64,000 nt of DNA. It comes from the human T2T-CHM13v2.0 reference genome, Homo sapiens. Below the pieces are notes generated by a model that worked only from the letters and a program-made list of their open reading frames with translations, was not told the origin of the DNA and did no database searches. Positions 18,580 through 38,470 of the stretch are shown here, piece after piece (within the stretch, counting starts at the first letter, position 1; every line of letters starts with the position of its first letter). The stretch is taken from assembly GCA_009914755.4 (NCBI GenBank), contig CP068257.2, positions 31,808,001 to 31,872,000 on the forward strand. Direction: 5' to 3'. Made by a program: the position numbers and the translations under genes.

Positions 18580-18878
18580 TTATTATTATTTTGATATGGA
18601 GTCTTGCTCTGTCACCCAAGCTGAAATGCAGTGGCACTATCTCGACTCACTCCAACCCCCGTGTCTCCTGGGTTCAAGTGGTTCTCCTGCCTCAGCCTTC
18701 CGAGTAGCTGGGATTACAGGCACACACCACCATGCCCGACTAATGTTTGTATTTTTATTAGAGATGGGGTTTCACCATGTTGGCCAGGCTGGTCTCGAAC
18801 CCCTGACCTCAGATGATCCACCCACTTCAGCCTCCCAAAGTGCTGGGATTACAGACATGAGCCACCACACCTGGCTGG
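18580..18878 (-). mobile_element. Alu (reverse)
   Basis: (tta)n + gatatggagtcttgctctgtcacccaagctgaaatgcagtgg... Confidence 0.9.
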
Positions 18879-19119
18879 CCACTAGGTATTAATTCTGGTT
18901 TTTCCTTTTTTCTTCATAAAGGTACTTTACCTGTTGTTGTTAATTTTTTTTTTCCCGAAAGGCTAGTCAAGTGAAACAATGGGTCTGATAGGGTTTTTTA
19001 ATAAGACACAGGCTATGGAAGCAGCAGTCTGGATTCAAATCCAGGCTTCTCATTTACTAGCTAGGCATCCTAAAGCAAGCCCTAAACTTTATTTCCTCAT
19101 CTATAAAATGGGAATAACA

Positions 19120-19432
19120 CTGGGTGTGGTGGCTATAATCCCAGCACTTTGGGAGGCCGAGGCAGGCAAATTGTCTGAGCTCAGGAGTTCGAGACCACTC
19201 TGGGCAATATGGTGAAACCTCGTCTCTACTAAAATACAAAAAATTAGCTGGGTGTGGTGGTGTGCACCTGTAGTCCCACCTACTCGGGAGGCTGAGGCAT
19301 GGGAATCGCCTGAGTCCCGAGGCGGAGGCTGCAGTGAGCCGAGATTGTTCCACTGCACTAAGGCAGCTTGGGCTACAGGGTGAGACTCCCTCGCAAAAAA
19401 TAAATAAATAAATAAAAATAAAAATAAATAAA
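19120..19432 (+). mobile_element. Alu
   Basis: ctgggtgtggtggctataatcccagcactttgggaggc...(aaat)n tail. Confidence 0.9.
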
Positions 19433-19469
19433 ATGGGAATAACACCTGACATATATTTAAAATAATTAA

Positions 19470-19762
<293 letters not shown>

Positions 19763-20002
19763 AAATGTGAATTCAAAGGGTAAAATATATAAAGGATCCA
19801 GCTAAAGTCTTGATACACAGCAAGACCTCTAGTTAAAAGGCCTCTCTGCTCTTATGTAACAGTGGAATTCTCACCTTTTAAAAGAAGTTCTATCATTGTA
19901 ACCAATCCATGGGATTTATATGTGTTCCATATATATGCTGCCTTAATTAAGTTGACATTTCTGTAAATGTTACAGGCGTGGTTAAAAAATAAGGCAACTT
20001 AC

Positions 20003-20060
20003 CTAAAAAATATAAGTGCATTTTGAAAAAACACAGCTAGTCCCGGATAAACATCAGTAT
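20003..20060 (-). CDS. TMEM50B: TMEM50B coding exon (..(N)TDVYPGLAVFFQNALIFF(S)..)
   Basis: On the - strand: tatgtag|ATACTGATGTTTATCCGGGACTAGCTGTGTTTTTTCAAAATGCACTTATATTTTTTAG|gtaagt. 58 nt. Confidence 0.85.
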
Positions 20061-20474
20061 CTACATACACAAAGTAAAACAGATTAGACGGTTATATAGG
20101 CAAACGGCAGTAATAAAGTATCAGTGCCATTCATAATGATACATTTTGTATATTACAACATACTGCTATTATTCATTAACTGTAAGACATCTATAATGAA
20201 ACTGAAAGAAGAAAATGCCAATTTAATTCCCCCAAAGCAAAGGACTGCTCTTACTCTGGATAAAAGTCAATGAACTTACAAAGTTTTCTTTTAGTCAAAG
20301 TAATTGCTGGTTCTAGCTACATCAAAACTGCTGAGGAAGCAGTAACTTGCTCCTTTGCCTCCTATGGCCAACACTGAAATGCAAAATCGTAAAAACATAC
20401 AAAATAAATTCTTGACTTTTAAACAGTCTGTTAATTTATTTTCTTTCATGAATTCAAGAGGTTTTTTGTGTTTG

Positions 20475-20640
20475 TTTTTAAAGAAATGGGGCCTCACTAT
20501 ATTGCCCAGACTGGAGTGCAGCAGCTACTGACAGGCACAATCATAGCAAACTACAGCCCAAACTCCTGGGCTCAAGTGATCCTCCTGCCTCAGCGTCCCA
20601 AGTGGATGGGACTACAGGCACACACCACAATGCCTGGCTC
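20475..20640 (-). mobile_element. Alu fragment (reverse)
   Basis: gaaatggggcctcactatattgcccagactggagtgcagcag...cacaccacaatgcctggc. Confidence 0.7.
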
Positions 20641-21246
20641 TCAATCCAGGAGTTTTATCATGCAAATATGTCAGATATAAATAACACAGTTAGAATTTAT
20701 CATTCTCTTTCACTGAATCTATCCTGGAGGAAATGGTTACTATCTTTATAGGAAAAGAAAAGAAACAAAATGGAAACTACTTAAATTTTTGTGGATTATT
20801 AACTTTTGTAAAACTACAAATGTTGATTTAAAAAATACTGGAGAAGATGAAGAAACTGGTTCAATTCTGAGCTCTTGATATCATAGCAAACAATACAGCA
20901 GCATGGTTAAGAGCTCCAAGTTTGAGCCAGACCCAGGTTTGAATCCTATCTATACCAATGACTAACTGTATGACCTTGGGCAAATTATTTAACCTCAGCA
21001 TATCTTCATTTCCTCACCTGTAAAACGGGCATTGTAATAGCACCTACTCCAGAGTGTAAGAATTAGATGAGTGACTCTATATAGTGCTTAGAACAGTATC
21101 TAGCCTATAAAGTAATATATAAAAGTTAGCTATTACTATGAATATTAATAGTTCAAGCAAATCTGTACAGTAAAAGATTTGAAACATGGCCTAGAAATGC
21201 TCTCTGAAATAAAGTCATATTCACTTTACAAATAGAAAAGTATATT

Positions 21247-21612
<366 letters not shown>

Positions 21613-21633
21613 TTACTAGTTCTTTAAATATTA

Positions 21634-21948
<315 letters not shown>

Positions 21949-22439
21949 TCAACAATAGTAAAGCCTTTACAAACAATATTTCCCTACATACCTTACAGAA
22001 ATGGCAATTTATCCCTATTTTCACTATAGAAACTGTAAAGCTCATGGATCACTTCAACTGCTAAAGTAAATAAGCAGGAAGCCATTAACCTGAGGCTATC
22101 TCCCTACTCTGAGTTCCTGTGTGACCCCAACCCACCCCCCGGAACCTAACTTACGTAAACGAACTGAAACCTAGGGTTATATTTTTTAATAAATAGCTGA
22201 ATTTTAGTCAATCACAAACGGCTAAGCTTTAGCCAATCCCAAGCAGCCAACTGATGAGACCATGCACAAATAAGACAAACATATAGCTACAGACAATCTA
22301 AAAATTTCTTGTCTTTGCCTTGTGTTCAGCCTACAGCTGCTCATGCTGCTGGGTGAAGCTCTCCGAACCTCTTCTTGGTTTGCTCAAATTGCTAATTTAT
22401 CTAAAGTTTTTCTTTAACATAACTATGGAGACCTTTTAA

Positions 22440-23050
<611 letters not shown>

Positions 23051-23651
23051 ATTTTCCTTCAGATATGCTTCATACCAGAATTATGTGCTCTAGTAGTATT
23101 TTTAATTAACTAAAAAACACATTTTAGATACAGTTGGTGACCAATGTTATTTAAGCCAACCACTGTCCTCTTGTAATCTGACTTATTTTGTATCAAGTGA
23201 AAGACAAAAGAAAAACAAAAGTATTCCAAAGATCTTATACTGATCAAACTATGAGACTTAAATGATACTATCAAAAGTATTCAAAAACCAGCTGTGAGTC
23301 AGGACAAGGAGATGTGACAGTTAAGCAAAGAAGGCTGACAAAGAGATTCCAGAGGTAGAGGAGTCAGAGGATGAATAAATTGCGTTCTCTGAAACTGACT
23401 CCTGTCTTAGGAGCAAAGGAAGAGGGCCAGTGAAACAGTCTTCCGACGCTTCCAGAGACATTTCTGAAACTGGGTTCTATTTTTCATCACTACTGTGAAT
23501 GAAAAGCTATGGCACCTGGCAGAGCCACAGATTTCAGCATGGTGTAATAAGAGCTCATCCCACTCCATCAGCTGTTTCTGTATGAAGAGTATACATATGT
23601 GTTCAGTCTTGCCCTTAAAAAACTCCCCCTGTACCCATGACTTAAAAATTA

Positions 23652-23959
<308 letters not shown>

Positions 23960-24604
23960 TTACAGGATTAGGTTGGAGAGAGAAGGTGTCAATGAAACGA
24001 AAGATTATCTACTGGCAATCCATAGATTATCAGATAAGGGGTCTATACCCCTTATCTGAAATCCCTGGGGCAAGATATATTTTGGGATTCAGAATTCTTC
24101 AGGTTTAAGAACAGTAAGGGAAAGCACATATACTACATAGCACCGCCAGCTGGGTATAGACAAGCACATCCTATAATCTAATATATCTATTTTCATTCCT
24201 ACAATAAAACATTTGAATACTTACACTAAATGGGATAAAGAAAATAGTGAGCTCCATGTCAGTTTAGGTCAGGTTTTGCTGCCAGACTAGTTATAAATAA
24301 CTTGATTTTCAGCATTTTGTGGATTTTAGAATTGTATATAAGGGAGTGTACACCTGTACTGGTTTCTCACTTTTTCTACTGCAACTCCCAGTAAATGGGC
24401 CTCTAGCATAAAATCCTGGCTGTCTAAGGTAAAGAAGGAAAGCAGAAAGTCTGGAGACAGCTGAGAGGTACCAGCTTTGTCAGTGGCTTGGATTTCCTAA
24501 CCAGGGCTATCCTACTGCACTAAGTGTTCCCACTGACAAGTTTTATTAAACTCATGTATCTTCACACAGAGCAGTATCTTCAATCTAAGTGAACAATTAT
24601 ACTA

Positions 24605-24850
<246 letters not shown>

Positions 24851-25797
24851 CTAGGAGCCCTGTTAGCCTAGTATATATTATGCATATCAAAGATAGTCAT
24901 ATATTTATATAAATCTGCTGTAAGTTAAATGAATGATGATTTAAAAAAAAAACACTAAAAGAAGTTAAACCATACATGGAAAAGGAAAAAAAGAAAGTTA
25001 CCTTTTTACTGACTAGAGAAACGAATGCCCTAATTAAAAAATTACACTGTTGTATATATTACCAAAATAATTGCTCTATTAAAAGTAGCACATGTATTCT
25101 GGATAGCCATCACCACATAGGAATGAGAGACTTCAAATGAAGAAGGACTAATATGTCCCTTTTTAATCAATGGTAAGCTTCTATAATCACACCATTATTC
25201 AATATGGTACAAATAACGGCCATTCTTTAGGAGTATATTCAGGCTTTTTTATTGCTGAGGCAGCCAATCTGTACCACATATTCATGAAAACTTCAAGATC
25301 AGAAGTATCTCTTCAACCCTGTATTGAACAAAATTCTAGATCTCGATAATGTAAATCATCTGGACACTTGAGTAGATTCAACATATTTTTAGGAAAGCAG
25401 GTTAATACTTGCACCAGATCCTGTTCACAGGTATACTGACAGCCCCATCAACCTCTGGAAGGGGAAGAAAGCTCCACTGAAGTAAAAATAAAATCCTAGC
25501 CAATTTCCATAACAGAAAACTAAATTTGCCTCAGTTGCAAATATTTTGTTACCAGGGAAAAGATTCATTTTAGACACCAGATAAGGAAGAAGCACTGATC
25601 AAAGTTCATAATGGTTAGAACAGCTGATATCTGAGAGAAATAGGTCTCTATATTATCTAAATTTTATTACAATACTAAGCAGATCTCCAGAAATAAACAG
25701 TAATGTTTAGTTCTTTGGAGAAATACAATCTCTAAATTATATTCAATCATAGCTTTTATCTAACGTGAATAAAAGGAACTATTAAAAATCCTTAAAG

Positions 25798-26090
<293 letters not shown>

Positions 26091-26799
26091 TCCTTACAAT
26101 TATTTTCCATCATGTCCTTTATTTATGGCTATATACATTAAACTTTCTAATAGAATTAAACAAGAAAAAAATTTCTCTTGTAAAGTAAGTATGTCTGAGG
26201 GCATATTAACAAAAAGAGAAAAAAAAGAAAAAGAAGTATGCTTTTGTTTAGCAAAAAAATAAAACTGTAACATTTTCTCTTGTTTGCTTTGGCTACAAGG
26301 AAGCTCTGAGTTAAGGTTAATGAACAATTAAAAGCATCCATCTTGTCCCAGGTTCTAAGTACAATGATCATTTTTCTACCTAGTTCCTGTTCTTTTTTAT
26401 AGTTTTATTATTTAGCTGTTTCATTTATAGTATATTTATTATTTTGATACTTTCCTATTAATTCCTCCGGGAACTAAATAGAGATAGTTTACAGATAAAC
26501 CACTTAAGCAGTACAAAAGCTTAAGAGTAGCAATACCTGGGCATGACTATAAGACAGTTTGTCCTTAATTTTTGAAACACTAAACAGAAATTGCACTATA
26601 TGCACAATATAAAAATATAAACTGTACTGTTAATTTTAATAGAATAGGGAATATCATAGAATAAAATATAATAATCACTTAGGGTAAAAACGACAGGCTT
26701 GGGAACCAGACAGACCAAAGACAAATACAGGTTCCACTTTTAAGCTAAAAAACTTTGGATAAGTTACAGTGAAACTTCCTATAAAAAACAGATAATAGT

Positions 26800-26955
26800 G
26801 GCCAGGCACCGTGGCTTACACCGGTAATCCCAGCTACTCTGGAGGCTGAGAGGGGAGGATTGCTTGAGCCCAGGAGTTCAAGGCTTTTCTGCGTCATGAT
26901 CATGCCACTGCACTCTAGCCTGGGCGACAGAGCAAGACCTCGTCTCAAAAAAAGA
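26800..26955 (+). mobile_element. Alu fragment
   Basis: ggccaggcaccgtggcttacaccggtaatcccagctac... Confidence 0.7.
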
Positions 26956-27277
26956 TAATAGTAACATAATTCACAGCAATGTCCGTGGAATATTCTTGAA
27001 AGAAAAATGATGGAGTACATTATTGTATGCTCTACATACAACATCTTCACTTGCTAATATATATTTTTTCTTTACCTTCCCTCATTCCTGACATTACTGC
27101 TGAGGCTGACATACAGGATATGATGAAAAGTAAGCGCGATCGCATGCGCATACACACACATATTGTGCACTTTAAACTTAGGCTCATCTGTCATTTGTCA
27201 TTATACCCTCTCGCAAATTCTCCATGGATTCCAGTAGAAGTGAGGTTACAAAATCTACATCAGCATTTAAAGCATCA

Positions 27278-27638
<361 letters not shown>

Positions 27639-27639
27639 T

Positions 27640-28200
<561 letters not shown>

Positions 28201-28474
28201 TTAATAAAATAATAAATACATTAGTGAATTTTATTATACTTAAATTATATTCAATTAAGCTGACAAAAAGAAAAAATATACACGTGGTACCAAACCAGAC
28301 AAAGTGACCAAATGGTTCTAGATGGGAAACAAGCACAGCATAGTGGCTAAAAGCATGGGCTCTGGAGCCAGACTGTCCGTGTTCAATCCTGGCTCCACCA
28401 CTTACTTGCTCTGTGACTTTGGACACATTATGTAAGCCCACTGTACCTTAATTTCTTCATATTATAATGTAAAT

Positions 28475-28785
<311 letters not shown>

Positions 28786-28799
28786 AAAAAACACAATTG

Positions 28800-29100
28800 G
28801 GCCGGGCTCGGTGGCTCACTCCTGTAATCCCAGCACTTTGGGAGGCCAAGGTGGGTGGATCACCTGAGGTCGGGAGTTCGAGACCAGCGTGATCAACATG
28901 GAGAAACCCCATCTCTACTAAAACTACAAAATTAGCCAAGCATGGTGGCGCATGCCTGAAATCCCAGCTCTCGGGAGGGTGAGGCAGGAGAATTGCTTGA
29001 ACCCAGGGGGTGGAGGTTGTGGTGAGCCAAAAACCCACCACTGCACTCCAGCCTGGGAAAGAAGAGCTAAACTCCGTCTCAAAAAAAAAAAAAAAAAAAA
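28800..29100 (+). mobile_element. Alu
   Basis: ggccgggctcggtggctcactcctgtaatcccagc...A20. Confidence 0.9.
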
Positions 29101-29617
29101 CAAAAATTGGATAACAATTCAAATGAATTCAAACTATAAAAACTAATTTATGTGTAGACAAATAGCATCTTTCTACTGAACAATTTTGTTGCAGTCTGTA
29201 GGTGGCTACTCAGGTGATCAGAAGTGAATGTAAAGACACTGTAGTCCTAGGTTTGATCCCCTAATGTGTTCATTACTTTCCTGTTAATAATCATAGTCAG
29301 CCATCTTGTAAGTAACATTATTGGTCAACAATTGGGATAATAATAAATCCATCATTAGCACTGGAGTCCAAGATCCATTTGAATAGCAACATTTTTTATC
29401 TATATCATGGGCAGTGTAACATGACAAAAACAGTAACTTCTAGCAATAACTTACTTTCTTAAGGATTTGAATAACACTAAAACTTTGTTTTAAAGCAAAT
29501 AAAAAATATTCTATATAATCATTACCAGTCTTGAATAAAGACTCACAAGAGAGGCTTTTTTTCTGGTGACAAATTTCTGTTTTGTCAACACCCATTAACA
29601 GCTCAAAGTATCTTTAC

Positions 29618-29685
29618 CTGTTCTTCCTAAACAGCCGCTTTCATAGCTATCACCTCTCACCTGAGCATTGGATACAGCATTTATC
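29618..29685 (-). CDS. TMEM50B: TMEM50B coding exon (..(M)[22 protein letters not shown](G)..)
   Basis: On the - strand: gttctag|GATAAATGCTGTATCCAATGCTCAGGTGAGAGGTGATAGCTATGAAAGCGGCTGTTTAGGAAGAACAG|gtaaag. 68 nt. Confidence 0.85.
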
Positions 29686-30257
29686 CTAGAACGGCACAAA
29701 ATCATCAAATGAATTTCAGTATTCGCTGTTAAAATACTCAAATATTTATATAACACTTAGACGGAAAACAGATTATTTCATAACTAAAATCAGTATCTGA
29801 ATAATTTAACATATTTTTAACCTAATAAAAATGCTAGTTGATAGAAATGTTACATTAGTCTTATTTTCATAAAGTACACCCAGAAAACACATTTATTTTA
29901 AGAGATTTCTATCACTTCTCTCCAGAGATTATACAAGAGGGACCAGTTTTCTGGATTCTTTGTCTATTTCACATTTATACATGAATGACTCAGTGCTATC
30001 CCACTTCAAGGTTCTCATTATTATCAAGAGTTAAACAGTTTCTCTTTGTGTTAAAAGTCAAGTGATTTTCTATGATCCATTTCTTAAGCTCAGAGAAAAT
30101 GTAGCTTATGTATAATATGCCCACTTTATTCAGCTTCCCCTTCCATTTTTGTTAGAGCAAGGTACATTAATTAGTAACAGGAATTTCCTTTTTTTAGAAG
30201 CCACAATGGATATAAGTAGTTCCATTTTCCAAAATATAACCTTTTTAAAACTCCTGG

Positions 30258-30580
<323 letters not shown>

Positions 30581-31284
30581 TTAATGTTTAATATTTTTTA
30601 ATTGTTAAAAGACATCCATAAAAAGCTTCCAAGCTTTTTTATGAAATGAGGTAACATAAACTTAAAAATAATTTAATAAAAACAAAAGCCACAAACAAAT
30701 CTCTTTTGAGGCCAATCTTGCCTTTTCCTCAAACACTGGCAAACACAGTCAAGTAGCACATTAAAAAAAATAAAAATAATACTGCAAGGTAAAAGTTGAG
30801 TGTACTACAACACCTACGGGTGATTTACTACTAAAAAAATGCAGAAACGTAACATGTTTCATGAAATCTCAGAGCCATCAGTTTTAAGATACACCATTAA
30901 TTTTTAATACTGACAAGAAATAAAAATGTTATCAATTATAATTCTAAGATACCACTGACTGTAAGATGCATCCTGATATTCAGAGGTATTAAAATGCGAA
31001 AAAGTAGATCTTGCAACTGACAAAATATGTAACTGACCAGATTTAAAAATATGAGGAAAAAAAAAAATCACAAGATAATTGTTATAGGTGCTAAAAAGAT
31101 ATATGACCAAATCCAACACTCATTCTTGGTTAAAAAAAATCGTAATAAAATGGGAATTATGTATGTATCATGTTAAAAAATAGTCTATCAAATAAATTAA
31201 AAAGTTATTCAAGAAAGCACTGCACATTAACAGGAAAGTATTTTTAGAAAAATCACCTTGAATAGAGAATTATCTTCATACTTA

Positions 31285-31416
<132 letters not shown>

Positions 31417-31493
31417 TCACTGAAACATTAAAACTCTTGCTAGCACAATACCTGCTTTTTAACATTCCTTTTGTCCTACAGATCATATAAATG

Positions 31494-32040
<547 letters not shown>

Positions 32041-32179
32041 ACAATTATCGTTAGTTCTTGCTCTGCTTCATTTCATTTTGTTTTTCTATTGGACTTTAGG
32101 TGTAGAACTGTACATTGAAAGAGATGAATTTTTAAAATGTAAACAGATAAAGAAATTTGCTTCCAAAAAATGCTGTGGG

Positions 32180-32365
32180 AGCCAGGAATGGTAGTATGAA
32201 CCTGTAGTCCCAGCTACCTGGGAGACTGAGGCAGGAAGATTGCTTGAGACCATGAATTTGAAGCTGTAGTATACTACGACCACATCTGTAAATAGCAACT
32301 GTACTCTAGTAGCTGTACAACATAGCAAGACCTCGTCTCTTTAAAAAAAAAAAAAAAAAAAAAGT
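32180..32365 (+). mobile_element. Alu right-arm fragment + A-tail
   Basis: ..cctgtagtcccagctacctgggagactgaggcagg...A21. Confidence 0.7.
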
Positions 32366-33069
32366 GCGGACAGAGAGTGGTTGATGGAATTATAAACCAA
32401 GATAGGTCCTGATTTTGGGGTGTTTTTTTTTTTAAGCTGGATGATAGACACATGGGATAAAGGAGGTGATGGAATCTTTATACCATTCTCTCTGCTTTTG
32501 TTTTATGCCTGTCATTTTCAATTAAAGTTAAAAAAATGATGGAAAGAAAATTAAACAATAGTTTCCTTCACAAATCTCTTCCTCTGATGCTCCCCTGATG
32601 TTGCAGCTGGGGAAACAGAGATGGTATTTCTTCCCTAGAGCCGCTGCAGGGCTTCAGTTCCAATGGAGCCTAAGGTTGTTACTATTATCTGCAGAGTACT
32701 GTCACTGTTGTCTGACCTTCAATAAGTCACAACAATAATTTTGGGTTACATCAAATTCTGAGCCTTTAAGGATCTTAAAGTACTTACATATATGTTGTAT
32801 CAGTAAGTTAAAAATGCTATTGCCTATAATAATTATATTATCACTGGAACTGAAGAAAAGATATTAAGTACACATTTACAAAGTCAAAATGAATCCAGGG
32901 CCTACCATATTCTGCTTGGCAATAGTATCTAGAACTCTGATAATCATCTATACAAAACAGCAGTGAAATAAATAGTTCTGGAAAGCCATTCTCAGTTCAA
33001 AGGAACCGGCATTAATTTCCAGGGCAAAAGGTAAGGGATACATGTCACCAACCAGTCTTTCTCACTTAC

Positions 33070-33168
33070 CAATATACCTGCGACAACAGATGCCACAGCA
33101 TTTCTTCTCTCACTCCAGTCAATACATTCACATTCTGGCCAACGAAAATTATCTAGGAAGCCTGCCAT
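33070..33168 (-). CDS. TMEM50B: TMEM50B first coding segment ([33 protein letters not shown]); the exon extends to about 33209 as 5'UTR
   Basis: On the - strand: ctgtttgtag|GATACAGCATTTAATGAAAAATTTATGCTTAAGAAGTAAAAATGGCAGGCTTC...GGTATATTG|gtaagtgag. 99 nt of CDS. Start context aaaATGG. Confidence 0.85.
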
Positions 33169-33449
33169 TTTTACTTCTTAAGCATAAATTTTTCATTAAA
33201 TGCTGTATCCTACAAACAGAAAGACAAAAACTAATCAACCTAAGAAAATGTTTTCTAAAAGTAAAATACCTTACTCCTTTCTTAAAGCTTTACACACAAC
33301 TTTACTTTAGGTCCTATTCTACTATAGTTAAGAAAAATTCAATACTTCAACAAGTACCTAATTGAGATGTATATAGGACTACGCTAGGACCCAAGGGGGA
33401 GCTTGCTATTTGATAAATGAGCACTATGGTTTTAAACCATGTCTAGGAG

Positions 33450-33802
<353 letters not shown>

Positions 33803-34473
33803 TTATGTCCTACCTTTGAATTTGGGTCAACAATAAAGACTAGTTGACCAGTAGAGTAGAGGAAGTGATGCTATGTAACTTCTCCATGCCACTTCCAAGA
33901 TCAGGTCACAGAAGGCAATGGAGCATCTGCCTGGTTCTCTGGAACACTAATGCTTGGGCTACCATGCTGTAAGGAGACCATTTATAGGTGTTCTGACCCA
34001 CAGTTACAGTTGAGGTCCCAGCTAACAGCTAGTATTAACTGCCAGACATGAGTAAAGACACTTTTAGGTAACTGCTATCCAGCTATAGCACCATCCCAAA
34101 AGTTTGAGCCTTCCCAGGTAAGGCACCAGATATATGGAGCAGAGATACATCATCCTGGCTATGCCCCTTCCAAATTCCTGACCCATAAAATCTAATAAAC
34201 ATAATAAAATGACTGTTTTAAGCCACAGGGTTTTGGCATTAATCTGTAACGCAGTAAGACATAACTGGAAGAAGGAGAAAAATCATATGCCTAAATAACT
34301 ATAGGAGTGTAGCATACTATTTTTAAAAACAAAGATATTATGTAAACATGAAATGTTTCAAGGCCACCATAAATTCTAGAAAGAAATAAAAAAAAATTGA
34401 AAGCACTGGACAGGGCTGAAAAACAGGCAGAAATTGAAAGAAACTTCATCCTTGAAAGAAAGAAAACACAGCC

Positions 34474-35028
<555 letters not shown>

Positions 35029-35029
35029 C

Positions 35030-35200
35030 AGCCAGTCATGGTAGCATGCACCTGTAATCCCAGCTACTCAGGAGGCCGAAATAGGAGAATCATTTGATCC
35101 CAGGAGGCAGAGGTTGGGGTGAGCCAAGATCACACCACTGCACTCCAGCCTGGGCAACAGAGTGAGACTCCCTCTCAAAGAAAAAAAAAGAAAGAAAACA
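35030..35200 (+). mobile_element. Alu right-arm fragment
   Basis: ..catgcacctgtaatcccagctactcaggaggccgaaatagg... Confidence 0.7.
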
Positions 35201-35879
35201 CAGTAAGTGGGATCAGCTGTTCCCCTTAGGAACCCCATTAAACTCCCATTCCCAGCCCAGGGAGTCCCCTTGGCACAAAGTGGCCACAGTGGCAGCAAAA
35301 AGCCACAGTCTTCTTGGCTTGAGATGCCAGAAGATGGGAGTTCAGGACCACCATAACAGCTGGAAATTGAAGGGGGACATCTCGGAAAGGAGTAAGTCAC
35401 AAAGAGAGCCCCAAACACTTTAAAATAAGGGAGACATTTTGGAATTTTCATTCCACCAAGTCAGGGAGGATCAGTAAACACCTTGGGGACATATCCTAAC
35501 AAAATATAAAACCAAGTCTCCACAATTTCAAGGTGATCAGCCAATATTTTAACTGCCTGTTACAATAAAAAGCAATACTTTTCAGATGAAGATAACAAAA
35601 TTGACTCATATTATTCACAACGTCCAATATATACTAAAAAAAATCACTAGACATGCAAAGAACCAGGAAAATGTGATCTATTTTTAAGGAGGAAAAAGAA
35701 CAGTCAATAGAAATAAATCCCAAAATGACTCAGATATTGAAATTAGCAGACAAAGACTTTAAAGCACCCATTATAAAAATCATATTCAAGGACTTACAGG
35801 AAAACATGGTCAAAATAACTGAACCAATGGAGAATCTTAGTAGAGAAAAGGAAACTATTTTTTAAAAAAAGAATCAGGA

Positions 35880-36010
35880 GCCAATGTGATGGCTTGCACC
35901 TGTAATCCCAGCTACTCAGAAGGTCGAGGCAGGAAGATTGCTTGAGGCCAGGACTTCAAGCCCAGCCCAGGCAACATAGCAAGACCCTGTCTCTAAAAAA
36001 TAAATTAAAA
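35880..36010 (+). mobile_element. Alu monomer-like fragment
   Basis: gtgatggcttgcacctgtaatcccagctactcagaaggtcgaggcagg... Confidence 0.6.
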
Positions 36011-36040
36011 TGTAAAAAGATTCAAATGAAAATTCTAGGG

Positions 36041-36362
<322 letters not shown>

Positions 36363-36401
36363 TTACAATGTTTGAATTTAAAAATTAAATGGGCCGGGCA
36401 G

Positions 36402-36700
36402 GATGGCTCACACATGTAATCCCAGCACTTTGGGAGGCCGAGGCGGGGGGATCACGAGGTCAAGAGATCGAGACCATCCTGGCCAACATGGTGAAACCCC
36501 GTCTCCACTAAAAATACAAAAACTTAGCTGGGCATGGTAGCAGGCACCTGTAATCCTAGCTACTCAGGAGGCTAAGGCAGTAGAATTGCCTGAACCCAGG
36601 AGGCGGAGGTTGCAGTGAGCCGAGATTGCACCACTGCACTCCAGTCAGGCAACAGAGCAAGATTCCATCTAAAAAATAAATAAATAAATAATTAACTAAA
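36402..36700 (+). mobile_element. Alu
   Basis: gggccgggcaggatggctcacacatgtaatcccagc... Confidence 0.9.
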
Positions 36701-36757
36701 TGAACTTAATCGCAGATTAGATACAGTAGAAGAAAAGGACAGTAAACTTAAACATCA

Positions 36758-37180
<423 letters not shown>

Positions 37181-37460
37181 ATAAATGAAAATTTCTCAAA
37201 TTTGGTGAAAAATATTAACTTATAAATCCAAAAAGCTCAGCAAACTCCAAGGAGGATAAATACAAAGAAAACATCATAATCAAACTGCTGAAAACCAGAG
37301 ATACAGAGAAACTCTTGAAACAGTCTTATGGGGAAAAAAATCAATACAACATATACAGAGACAGAACAATAGGAATGATGGCTGACTTCTAACCAGAACA
37401 AAGGATACTAGAAGACACAGGAATGACACTGTTAATAACGCTTTAAGACAAAAAAAAATC

Positions 37461-37770
37461 AGGCCAGGTGTGGTGGCTCATGCCTGTAATCCCAACACTT
37501 TGGAGACTGAGGTGGGCAGACTGCTTTGAGGCCAGGAGTTCAAGACCAGCCTGGGCAACATGGAGAAACCCCATCTCTAATAAAAATACAAAAATTAGCT
37601 GGGCATGGTGGCCCTTACCTGTAGACCCAGCTACTCAGGAGGCTGAGGCACAGGAATCACTTGAACCCAGGAGCTGGAGGTTGCAGTGAGCCGAGATCGC
37701 ACCACTGCACTCCAGCCTGGGCAAAAAAGTGAGACTCTGTCTCGGAAGAAAAAAAAAAAAAAAAAAAACT
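37461..37770 (+). mobile_element. Alu
   Basis: ggccaggtgtggtggctcatgcctgtaatcccaac... Confidence 0.9.
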
Positions 37771-37814
37771 CAATCCCAAATTCTATACCCAGCAAAAATA
37801 TTCTCCAAAAATGA

Positions 37815-37960
37815 GGATAGCCAAGCATGGTGGTGTGCACTTGTAGTCTCAGCTACTCAGGAGGCTGAGATGCAAGGATCACTTGTGCCCAGAAGTTCGA
37901 GGTTACAGTGAGCTATGACAGGTGACACAGTGAGACCTTGTCTCAAAAAAAAAAAAAAAA
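37815..37960 (+). mobile_element. Alu right-arm fragment
   Basis: gccaagcatggtggtgtgcacttgtagtctcagctactcaggaggctgag... Confidence 0.7.
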
Positions 37961-37974
37961 CAAGAAGGTGACAG

Positions 37975-38470
37975 CAATTCTACTCCTATCTAACTACCCA
38001 AGAGAAATGAAAATATATCTTCACAATAACTTGTTCATAGCAGCATTATTCGTAATTGCCACGGAGTGGAAGCAACCAAACATACATCAACGAATGGATA
38101 AATAAAACATAGCACATCCATACAACGAAATACAAATTCAGCAACAAAAAGGAAAGAGGTTCCTACTGATAGATGCTACATGAACGAACCTCAACAACTG
38201 ACTAAGTAAAAGACAGAAGACCATATATTGTGTGATTCCATTTACAAGAAACATCCAGAATAGGCAAATCTATAGACATAAAGCGGATTAGTGGCTGTCT
38301 AGGGATGGGGAGAAGAAAGATACAAAGTGACTGCAAAAGGCTACAAGATTCTAAAACTAGATTGTGGCAATGACTGCACAGCTCCGTAAATACTAAAAAT
38401 CATTCGACTGTACACTTAAAACAGGTGAATGTTACAGTATATATACTGTATCTCAACAAAGCTGTGTTTT
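37975..38470 (+). mobile_element. L1 3'UTR fragment
   Basis: ..ggctgtctagggatggggagaag..gattgtggcaatgactgcacag..cttaaaacaggtgaatgttacagtatatatactgtatctcaacaaagctg. Confidence 0.55.
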
